A DNA stretch of 64,000 nucleotides, taken from NCBI GenBank assembly GCA_051362555.1, contig CM120642.1, forward strand, positions 496,001-560,000. The letters are read 5' to 3'. A program made the translations under genes and the position numbers. Source of the stretch: Lingula anatina (Eukaryota; Animalia; Brachiopoda). A model generated the notes under the pieces. It saw nothing but the letters and a program-made list of their open reading frames with translations. It was not told where the DNA came from and searched no databases. Below are positions 26,930-38,456 of the stretch, in pieces. Numbering within the stretch: the first letter of the stretch is position 1; each line of letters begins with the position of its first letter.

Positions 26930-27021
26930 TTGCCAAACCAACATGTGATGTTGTGAGAGCAGGAATTGGAGGACAAAAAACACAACCAACCCTCTTCTAT
27001 CTCTGACTTTTTCCTCTCCAT
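26930..27021 (-). CDS. Candidate alternative first coding exon (MERKKSEIEEGWLCFLSSNSCSHNITCWFG+AA)
   Basis: GTCATGG start context, 30 open codons plus 2 nt, donor CAA|GTAAGT (phase 2). Confidence 0.42.
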
Positions 27022-28498
27022 GACGGAGAATGCTCCTCTACAACAGAAGGTTCCCAACTTGTTCCTGACAAGACTTCATTATTCCTCCAGCAATGTTACA
27101 AATCACTCTAATGTGTATGTGTCATGTCCATGAGACTTCACCATGACAGACAGCAGTGAAGGTAACAATCTTTATTATTTCATTTATCTGCCGCATCCAC
27201 ATTGTACAACAGGTGACAATATCTTGTCCTTTGAACAGAAACAAAACTGCAGGTGCTTGTCTAAAGGCAAGGAATTCCTGCAGGTGAAAAATGTGCCACT
27301 TATTCTTAAACATATATCACCTGAAAAAGATACAGTTCAATCCCATATGCATCAAACACTGCCAACATTTGTGTCAGAGGTTAAAAACATCTCTTTCCCA
27401 CTGTAGGCTGCCTCCATGTATGTCCTAGGGGGGATTTCTAAATGTTGCTGAGGTACGTACATAAAATGCATGCTTCATCACATCATGACTGAATATTCAG
27501 CTCCAACCCAGTCCAACCATCCACCAACATGGTCCCTCTTTCCCATGTGAATATCAGACCCTGGAACTACCATTAGTCACATCATTATGGCTTCTTTATC
27601 TTAATGATATGCGAAGCCTGCCCCCCCCCCCCCCCCCCCCCCCCGTACCATGTCCAACCCCCACTCAAGTTAAATAGAACACCACGTGGAATGTCACTCT
27701 TCATGGGTCTGTGGGTTATGTTCTTGAAAGATATATCTTTATTGGTCAAATCATATCAATCATAAAAAAATTTTTGAGTTTCTTCCAGATAAACGTACAA
27801 GGAAGGCATATATATTCATAATCTGTCAAGCTAGACAATAAGGAGGCATACCAAGCAGGTAATGGGAATTGCTTACCGCCAATATCAAACACTAATAAGG
27901 ATGGACAGAGAGAAGAAATAAGGAATAAAATCAAAATTTCTGTCAATCACACACAATTTAACATGAATAGATGCCCAGGCTACGCCTCAGTGTTTTGACA
28001 GATTAATTCTATTATTAGCATCCCACATTCCATTGTGTGTATAATTTTCTCATTAGCAGGGAGAGGCCTCCATTTATAGCACTGGAGTTTCTATTCTGGT
28101 GAAGTTAGGAGGTCTGTTGATTGTGTTATGGTCAATGGTTGCCATATATATATGTTCCAAACAATGCTCTTATGTTTGAATTGCTTGATCATTGTGAAGT
28201 TTCATATCATCTATTGCTTTAAAAACTTGAAATGATTTGCTTATGAATACGTGGAACTATTTAAGTTCACTATCATTTGTATATTTTTTATCAGAGTTGT
28301 GAATGGCTAATTCTTCCACTTTAGTCATTTATTCTAGAACAAATCCCTCTTCTTTTGGAATCATCATGACAGAATGACTTCAGCATAAAAATAAAATGCT
28401 CCATCAAATGAAACTGGCAGCCCTCTTGCCTTGGGTCTTCATGATCTCTTCCTGATACAACAATATCCACAAGTCACACTGGGAATGTAGACAGATGA

Positions 28499-28694
28499 CA
28501 GGACAGAGCCCCCCCCCCCATCCCCCCCCCCCCCCCGACAATCCAGAGACATTTCTGACAATCTTCCAAATTATCTTTGTTGACCCATCATCCTCCATTT
28601 CTGATAGAGGAAAAAAAAAGATGCCTATCAATGTAAAACTGAACATTCTGAATATCTTCTGAAAGACCCAGAAGACGGCCTCCATCCACCCCTG
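28499..28694. mobile_element. Degenerate inverted copy of the 15883-16050 MITE
   Basis: Shares TCTTCCAAATTATCTTTGTTG and AAGACCCAGAAGACG with the reverse complement of the young copy. A poly-C tract interrupts the left TIR. Confidence 0.75.
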
Positions 28695-29132
28695 CTCCAC
28701 CCCCCCACCCCCCCTCCGCTTCACAAAACTTTGGACAAAAATTTTGTCATAACCTTTAAACTATTTAGTTGGCTTTGACAAAACTTGAGATATATCAGTA
28801 GCTGTTCAATTTAATAAAATATTGCACCCTTTCTACAACAAGAAATTAAACATGGCTACCACTGCAAACCAAAAGTTTTAACTCTATTGAACTGTGCTAG
28901 TGCAGAATTATTCCAAATCTTAGTTCATATTTCATTTACTAAAGCTACAAAAATTGGATAGATGTCAGCACTGGCTTCATTTCAAGCTTCCCCCATCCCA
29001 CACAAAGGGATTTCCCCTCCTCATTTCTCTCAACACTTCCAAGTCATTACCTACTATGTGATTTCCATATTTAAACTTGTTAATTAATGTTAATGACATA
29101 TTAAGTTGTGAAGTCTCAATTTTTTCCTTGTA

Positions 29133-29180
<48 letters not shown>

Positions 29181-31563
29181 TAAGTTGAAGGCACTTTTTC
29201 TTTATTGTTCAAATATCAAGGTTATATAAAACCGAAGACTCGTCTTTTGATTGTTGTTAAACTTGTGAATTAAGTTTATATTTAGTACTATAATTATTTG
29301 AAATATTATATATTAATTGTTAAGTGTATTTAAAATGTATGAAAATGGAATGCACTATATAAGAAATTAATATTTACATCACTATAATCATTATTATCTA
29401 TAGCTCTTGCAATATAGTTAAATATTTCTCTAAAAATTCCCATACTTATCTGACAGGCTCTTATACCAGCAGTTGTAAGTACAATATGTCTAACTTTCCT
29501 TATTTATGATATTATATTGGAGGAAGAAAATGACTGTCCCCATAATATTGCTGTGGTAATAGCTGGCAGTTCAACTGTGAAGCAGTACATGTTATTAAGA
29601 TTAAAATCTGAATGTTAAGCATTCAAATGCCTGAAGACAAGAGAACCATGAATTCTGTCTTGGTTTATAGTTTTACTAGCTTGCTGTGTAAGTGCTAAAT
29701 ACCAGGTAAAATGATCAGGAAACTTCATGTAAGTAAATTCACAATAAATTTTCTCCTAAAAGACCATTTATTTATCTATTTTAGTTTATTGTCTTATCTT
29801 TCTTTTAGCTATACATATTCTTTTAAAAACAACATGCCATAAATTTCCTTAAAATGTACCAACCCACCCACAAAAATATATAAATAAAATAACTTAAAGA
29901 GAAGAAATAAACATATTAAGAAAGAAGGAACTCCTTTGCCAAGCACCATGGCACCATGGCATAATGGGTGGTCTCCTCTCCCCTTCTTATCCTACTACCC
30001 AACATCATCAAGGTATTTATATGATTCATTCATTATATCAGTGAAATAAAGGAGGGAATATCACATCACCTTTTCACAAAAGCAAAGCTTACTGTAGAGC
30101 TAAACTGGAAATCTCTTCTTTATGTTAGAAAAACTGAAAACAACAGAAGCATCAGATTTCAATAAAAGTCAAAAGAACAGTGTTTGGTTTCAAAGAAGAC
30201 AGCCATGTTTATAAATGAATTGTTCAGGAAACCTTGTTCAGGTCACTGTTTGTGCATTTTCACTTAGGACAGGAATGAATGAAAGACTAACTGACGAGAA
30301 GTACAATGAAGTTTTTAAAGCACCTGTTGAAAGAAAGTTATATCAATACCAAGTCACCTCAAATATACCAAGCCACTTATGGCAAATCCTATCCAAAAAT
30401 TGGTATACTTTCTCTACGTATTCTGAAAATTCTCTGCTGATACTTGTATTTAAGTTTGGTGGTTTTTCATGTCATTCCATAAGCTATGTAGTGTTAAGTG
30501 AGCATGGTTCAGTGTTCCTGTTATCTCTGTCTTGGGTCATCTCTTCAAATGTGACAGGTGAGATGCCTTTAAAGATGATAAGCCAATCTCACCATATCAT
30601 AAAGTTATTACACTAATAGACTTCCCCCTTAATACTGATAAATAATATCCTTTTTTTTTTCAACATGCCCATATAGGCATCATCTATTGTGCAGTTATAA
30701 TCTTAATGACATGAACTAATCAATACGCCATACCTGAGATGATCAACACCATAGATAAATACAAGGGACGGGAAATTAATATTCCAACAGGAAAATTAAT
30801 CCATTAAGACATTTAACATTTCAATCACCAGGCAGTGTTTCCTCCTCATATTGATTTCATTTTTTATGCCATCTCTATACCAACTGTCCAGGTGCAATCT
30901 TCTCTCTCATGTATTGATCATCACACCGTACATAACATGATGACAATGGCGGAGTTTACCTACATTCCTTGCACATTGATTATACAACTATCAATAATTA
31001 CAACACAATGGATGACAGACATACTGCACAAAAGGAGAAATATTTTCAAACACCATGCCATTATACAGGAATCTTTTCAGAAAAATCAATGTCCATTTTT
31101 TTTTCATCTTTTTGATTACCAATTGAAATAAAGTAAACATTTCAGTTTTGTTTGAATAAAATGAAATTGATTTACTGAAATATTTATATTAATCAAAATT
31201 ACCTAAAGGACAATAAATGAGCAATATCCCAATACAACAAATTCCTGACAAGATAATTACTCACGAATCTAAAACAGCCCACCTGTGACAGTACTCCAAT
31301 CTAAAAGATTCTTCAGTTTTAATAACTCACAAAAATATCTGTTCAATCCCTTTTTTCACAAATTTTCCAACAAAATACAATTATGATATTGTGTATTTAG
31401 CACTGTGCAGTATAGTGAAAATCCTATATAATCCCAAGTGTGCTGTAGACACCAATATTGTGATATGATCAAGAATGGAGTGAAAACTGTCTAAAACAAA
31501 CTATTCACTAAAGTGATAATGAGTCTTAAACAAAACCACACAGAAAGTCATTCCAAGTCTTAC

Positions 31564-31631
31564 CTCTGTCTTCTCTGTTTGTTCTTGTTCTCGCGTGCAC
31601 TAAGAAGACGATAAAGAAGAACCTGCATCAT
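31564..31631 (-). CDS. Candidate alternative N-terminal exon (MMQ-VLLYRLLSARENKNKQRRQ+AG)
   Basis: Strong donor GAG|GTAAGA in phase 2. It either starts at CAAAATGATG (31631) or is entered through a pyrimidine-tract acceptor TCCTTTTCCTGTTCTC...GCAG|GTT at 31622, in the same frame. CpGs are retained. Confidence 0.5.
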
Positions 31632-34600
31632 TTTGAGAACAGGAAAAGGACTTCACCACGTGGATAATTAGTACCAAAATTGACCTCCTTGACCAAATTT
31701 GATCTCCTTGCTAAGGATTCAATTCCTAGATAAGGTGACTATCTTCCTCCTGTACTACTGTCATTCTTTCCTCTGTCATGTAAACTTTGTCATTCTTTCC
31801 TCAGTACAGATTTAATACCATATATTAATGACACAGGTATACGTAGACTCTGAAATCAGATCCTAACATAAAATCCCCACAAAAATTATCATTCTTGGCA
31901 GGTAATCTGTTATCTTCCTAGCAGAGAGAAAACTGCTTCATAATAACACTTAACTCTGACATTCAACAGTAATGCAACGTAACTGCAAACTTGACAAAAC
32001 CACCAGGTAACCAACCTGCAGATATCTCCACTGAGTATTCACATCCTAGGTCTCACAACTGCAGATAATCAATACTATTTTTTTCAAGTTGTTGAGTAGG
32101 TATTGTAATAGATGATTTGATATTTGTGCTTCCATCAATTACAGACAACACATCAATAAATATATAGTATTCTCCCTATATGCTAGGAAAGAAAGAGATA
32201 TCAAAACACTGACAAGTTCTACTTTCCTAATAAAATTCCATTTCAATGAACATATGGTTTCCGCAGCAATCAGTAGTTCTCCATGGCAATGTATGATGGT
32301 ACTTAGATTTTATCAGGCAGCGCGTGTGCGTGTGTGCGTGTGTGTGTGTGTGAATTCATATGTGAGTGTATTTTTACATCCTGTATAAAAATACGTCTTA
32401 AAACATGGTAGACTTACTATGGTATATGCATATTTTATTAAACCAAGCACTTGTTCTATTATTTATATTATATGCCCTCTCAATCTAAACTGTATGCACT
32501 TCTGTACCACTCTTTCTGGTGACCTATCATCATTAAGGATACCTTTAGGTATAATGAATGTAAAAAGGATAAAAGTTGTTCATTAAATTTCCAAAAAATT
32601 ACCAAAACAAAAGCTGACAGGTCCATTAATTAACCCAGGCATCTCTAATTAGCCAGTGTGTCAGAACCCACCTCTCAGCCCAGCTTGCACGCATTCTGGC
32701 GACAAAACCAGGTTTGGTCATGAGCGGCCGTTCATCCACAGGCATTCTGACTGGATATACGATATGATGGTGCAATTCTTCTACAGAGGTGGATCAAACC
32801 AAGAAAGTCACCAGCCAATGGTGTCACTCCAGGTTGAAAGCACCAGTATCAACCAATATATCAAGAGCAGGATTCCTTTTAGTTGCTCAGGTGTGAAATT
32901 GGGAAAAATTTTCACTTTGTTAAGCTTTTTAGTCTGTCTGTATCACTATGTGTGTCTCTTTCATGTTTCTCTCGTGTCACAACAATAGCAAGCATCCCCA
33001 GTTACGGACTGGTGACATTAAAAAGTAGTGTGTCTCCAGTGTCGCCCCATCAAGTTCATCAGTTTAAACCACAAAGATCAGAAAATGTCGTAGGTGCTTG
33101 GTTAAAGAAACTCTGGCTCTCAGGTTCAGTAAAGTACAACACCTGGACCTATTAAAAATGCACCTGGATTTCAACTTTGAAGGCATACATTCCACTTTGA
33201 CTGATTAAGAATGCTCCACTTTATACTCCAAGAATGCTCTACGGTATTCAGTTTTTCCGTACACGAAGTACAGCGTCAAACAAGGAGTTATTATTTCTCT
33301 CTCAAACCTTCCACACACAACTTGTATAGGCCAGTCATTGGGGGTCAATATCAATCAAAAAATGACTTGTTAGAAGCGACCTCATTTTAAGAAATTGCCC
33401 GTCAATTGAGGCGCAAGTCAATACCCAAGATAAACAATGTTCGGCCTCCAGCATTTTATGTATGTTTGCTAACTGAACTGAATTACTTCTCTTAAAAAAG
33501 CAGCGTGCAACCAACCCTAAAAATTACCATTCTTCAGGATCTTTTCAGACACATTTTGCAAATTTTGAATATTAACTCTGTGACAATACACACTGGAAGA
33601 CCAACCCCTGTGTTGTTATCAATGTCTATCTCTGGCTTGGATGGAATGCAGTGTGTATAAATTATAAACTTCATCTACAATCTTAAATATTCATAGCAGA
33701 AAGATGATCATGCTAGTCAAATATATGGTTTACCATCACACAAAAGGAATAAATAAATTATTTTATTTTTGTTATAACTGTATGATTGTAGCAGGATTCC
33801 TCATGTTTCTGTGTCCACATCATCATCAAAGAGACACACCTGGCTAAAACATCCACAGGTAAGAGAACAAGGAGGTTTTTATAAGATCTACAAAGGAAAA
33901 GAGAAAAATGCTCCTGTGATGTGTACTCTGCCTTGATATTTTTCCTTTTTAACTTTACAGGCAAACAACAGAGCACCTGAGCTAAGAAATCTTAATTCCT
34001 TCACGATGAAATACAATGCTGCATCTCCCTCTTCAAAAACGACACCTTGTTCTCCATAAAACCCTGTCGTACATCCAGGGTAGCGAGACTCCGAATTCAC
34101 ACACCCGAGTTATCTACCATTGAAAGCTAATTAGTGGAAAGCCACAACCCTTGCCGACACCCTGGCGGAGAATATCGGTCACATGGACCTGCAAACAGAT
34201 CACTTCAATGCAGGTATTTTTCATGGATATAAAGCAACAATGCGATTATTTTTGGTGGATATTTAGACAGAAAATCGAATCATTAGGCATTATCCATTTG
34301 TGGTTTACCCTTTGTGTTTGTAGTGTTTTCCTTCACATTGCCCTTTGGCTGTGTCGCCTTCCGCGGGCTGAGAAGTTAAAGGGCGAGACAAAGGCACAAA
34401 GAACATGGGTGTTACTGAAGAGTAGTTTAGTGAAGGAGTAAATACACAGAACAACATTCATCTTCCCCTAGGTTGTGTAATGATAAAATCTAAGGTGTAA
34501 TGGTATTCTTCTACATGGCACCTCTTTGTTATAACATTTTCACTTTGCAGTGGAGTTTTGAATACAATTGTTTCTTTATCAATTTGGTATCTTCCGTACA

Positions 34601-35493
34601 TCACATTTCTGTCCTTAGGCTAGTGTTCTTTCATTATTATATATTACTGTAATGTGTGAGCCCATGGGCTCGTGTGTGTGTGTGCATGAGTGTGTGTGCA
34701 TGCATGCGTGTGTGTCAAATCCAGTGATACCTAGATGGCATGACAACATTAACCATAAGTTACTTATTAAGGAGAACAAAATTACTGAAATGCTGTAGAA
34801 ATCTCCTTACATTTAATAAACCATCTGATTCTCTGAGAAAGTTAACTGTTATGAAATCTTCCTTAGAATAAATAAACTATTCCTTTAAAATATTTGTAAA
34901 CTTGGGAGACCTTCTAATCCAGTTTAACAGCAAAATCTCATATCATCTAGGGCAATTCAAGGAAAGAATTCAGGGAAAAAGTGATGAAATGATTTTTCAA
35001 GTCTTGTGCCAAACAGCAAGCAGGCTTCCTAATTCTGTAACCTAGCTTTCTACTATCTGGAGCTCAATTCTTGGTTTATTCAGAAATTGTAATAATCCAT
35101 TGATCAAATCTTTTAACCCTGTACCCCCCCCCTCCCCCCCCCCCCCCCCAACACACACATATACATAGTTAAAATACCTCGTCAAAGATGAACTTCTGTT
35201 AATAAGTCACCTTAACTTAAGGCCAAAGCTATTTAATGGCCACCTAAGATGTGATCAGCATCCAGAAAAGAGATGTCATTTCAAACTGACAGGCGCTTTC
35301 AAAAAGGAGCACCTCTTTTACCTTGCTCTCGCTACTTAAAAGCCCAGGTTTGTTGAATTAGGGTCAGAAGTTAAGAACCCCTCTCAAAATTAAATCCTTT
35401 ATTTATGTCCTCCTCATTTGTTTTCCCCCTTTTAACTCCACTTTTAACTCTGAAATGGCCTGGATTTCTACACCCAGGAATGCTATGACTCAC

Positions 35494-35505
35494 CTCAGCA
35501 GACAT
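35494..35505 (-). CDS. Candidate alternative start mini-exon (MSAE), phase 0
   Basis: AGCATG start and a perfect donor GAG|GTGAGT. It would splice in frame to the acceptor at 31622. Confidence 0.35.
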
Positions 35506-36543
35506 GCTGCTATGTATTTTATTCTCTGCCAGCGTTTTTATTACTGATCACAAGGATAAAAGACTTTTCTGATCTTTTAATTTATCGCCTGTTTTTCTTT
35601 CCACCTGATGTCCTCATGTTCTGGAGTCTGTTATGGAAGGAGCAAAAGTGGGCTGGCGAGTTATCTGAATAATTTTGAGATTTTCTGATTATTTGAACTT
35701 GGTGATCTTGTGTGTTAAAATAATTTAATCTTCCTTCAAATAACACACCGATTAGAAGATATTAACAATATAAATTTGACTACAACATAAATCATATGAA
35801 AGCAAGGCTTACAGAGGGTTGTCAGTGCAAGGACATCTCTGGTGAATGAAATGAGCAGACATCACAACTGACATTAAGTGGAGTGCTTTCGCTGTCATCC
35901 TTGCCAGAGACTGGCCACCTCACAGAAATTATGTGTGGCAACTTTGTCAAAAATGGAGGGACAATTGTGTACAAAAATATAATAATTTAGCATGAGTTGT
36001 TCATCCAGAAATATATTATAGCTGATATTGTTAATAATCACTCTTACAGATGTGTCAAAGCTTTGTTCACACCAATAAATCACTACAGATAATATGGCAC
36101 CTGATTTGTGCACCTGTGCATAGTATGATACAGGCAGTTTTTCATGATTTATATATATACAAGTGTCACACTCAGTCTCTTTCTAACATGAAGTGTCACA
36201 CTCGGTCTCCTTCTACGCCATCAAATGTAGGCTTCTTATTTTACATCATAAAGACAGATACTATGCCTATGTATAAATTATATCCATATGTATTGATACA
36301 GAAGTCATATATCCATCGTCTATTATTCATTGCAATGAATTAAAAGGAATAACTGATCACAATGCATTGCGTAAAAAATCTTCAAAGACAAAAGGAGAAC
36401 AGTTCTCTCCTATATCTGACAGAATAAAATGTGTTATGCATACTGGTACTATGAATCTAGTGCATCATAAGATAGAGAGTGATTACCCCCTCCACACCCC
36501 TCCCACCCCCACCCCCACCACCACCCCCACCCCCCTCACTCAC

Positions 36544-36593
36544 CCAAATCTACTACAGTTCACTTCCCCTCCTTTCTTCCACCACTTTAACAT
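36544..36593 (-). CDS. Candidate alternative first coding exon (MLKWWKKGGEVNCSRF+GG)
   Basis: ATG at 36593, 16 codons plus 2 nt, donor TGG|GTGAGT (phase 2), followed by G-runs. The start context is weak. Confidence 0.3.
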
Positions 36594-37776
36594 GAAGGAG
36601 GCGTCAATTTGGGCACTTCAGCCCCCCTAGACCAGTCCTTGATGTAAAGGTACACACTTCAGTGATGTCACGGCTGTGTAATCTGTGTCTGGTTCTGAAG
36701 CAACTCTCTGTGACATGTCAGTGCTAATTCTTTCAGCAACATTCAGTTTCCTGACCAGACTCTCTACACACTGCTGTTGATGCAGAGTTGTTTAGCAATA
36801 TTAACATAGGTTTGTCTTCTCATAATGCAGTATTTGTCAATATGCTTTGGCAGGTAAGAGGATTAAGAAGAGAGTCCAATATGCTTTTTTTAAGGGCAAT
36901 GGTCTCTTACCGAGAGGAGCCTAAGCATATGGATAAATATATACAGGGCACTAAAAGGTGGAATGCCAGAAATGTCACGGCTAATGAGTGATCAGAAAAG
37001 TGTGGGAAAAAAATATCACATCAAGATCAATGATACGATATGTAAAATAATTGATCTTAAAATTCAAAAGAACAATAAACAACATTGCTTCAATTCACTT
37101 AGACCTAGATAAAAGAGATATCATTTTCAATTCACAAATGCATTATCAAAATCACATGAATTCTTCATCAATTTTTCATGAACCAGACTGACTGGAACAG
37201 TGCATTTGTTATAAAGGAGGCCAATATATGTATAGTGTGACATATAATCAGACATGATGAGGTGACAAGTCACAATTGTGTTAGGTGAGACAGGTCACAA
37301 TGTCAAGCTAGCACAACAACAGCAATCACAGAAATACAGAAGCAATGTAACACATTAGAGCAACACTGAAAAACAATGAGTTAGTGACAATAAGATGACA
37401 TCTTAAATGATAATATATATTATTTCAATCTTTGCTTGGCACACAGTCAGTGTGAAAATAAAGTTAGGAAACAAATATTTTATCAGTGAGTTATCAATGA
37501 CTAGTTTTAGTACATAATATGTCTCATTTGTGTTTGCAGTATTCCAACAAAGATTATTCTCAAATTCATAATGGTTTCAAATAAAACAGTAATTTGAACC
37601 CACAATAATTTTGGTTTACAATAAAGGAAATCTGTTAAACACCAGAAAATGAGAGAACAGAAAGGAATTTGACAAAATATTAGTTTTGATCCCCATTTCC
37701 TGCAACCAGTCAAGAACACTATAACTTTATCAAAATGACAAAAAAGGCACAAACAAGATTGCAAACGACAGCCTAC

Positions 37777-37919
37777 CTCCAGACGGTGAGGGTCAGGGTG
37801 TTGAAGGCACTCTTGACCAGCTGAATGGCCTCAGCACGTGACCGGCAGTGGACGTCATTGATGCTGAGCAGAATGTCCCCGGCCTCCAGTAGACCATTGG
37901 CTTTACCATCTGGTTCAAC
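37777..37919 (-). CDS. Shroom: Shroom-family protein, coding exon 2 (C-terminal half of the PDZ domain)
   Basis: Acceptor CCCCAG|GTT, 143 nt encoding VEPDGKANGLLEAGDILLSINDVHCRSRAEAIQLVKSAFNTLTLTVW+AG, donor AG|GTAGGC (phase 2). It joins exon 1 in frame (SK|VE) and contains the PDZ GD-x-x-x-x-IN motif. SRAEAIQLVK resembles Shroom SRKEAVSLVK, with Arg rather than His at the start of helix B. Confidence 0.88.
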
Positions 37920-37925
37920 CTGGGG

Positions 37926-37975
37926 ATAATAATAATAATAATTATAATAATAATAATAATAACAATGATAATAAA
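37926..37975. repeat. (AAT)n microsatellite abutting the exon-2 acceptor
   Basis: Direct reading of the sequence. Confidence 0.95.
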
Positions 37976-38412
37976 TCAATTTGTAAACAACTCAGAAGAA
38001 ATTATTTGCTTCAATCAATATCTGTGATAGCAGTGGCAGGAGTCATCCTGTGAACAACGAGCAGACACAGTGTTCTGACCAGAGCAAAAGTCAGAATACA
38101 GAACCAAGGCTGTGCTATATGTTATATTACACTGTCCTGAGATGGAATAAAGGTAATGGTAGGTGTTACTGCTTACAGCAGGTCTGTGAAAATTAAATTA
38201 AACTTGAAATTTAGATATTATTAGTAGTAAATCCACAGTTAATACAGCAGAGGATATAAGTGATTGGTCAAACAATGTCTGTCATTGCAGTGATCTCATC
38301 TTGATCTCAGCTACTGCAATTTAGGATTGAAGAAAGAGTGTATTCTTAATTCTCATGGTATTTAATATATCATCTAATACACTAAATAGCAGGGCAACAA
38401 TCATACCCCTCA

Positions 38413-38456
<44 letters not shown>

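Noticed and set aside
30215-30616. 133-aa plus-strand ORF, among the longest in the track
   Set aside because: No recognisable domain, antisense to the host gene, and intron-like composition.
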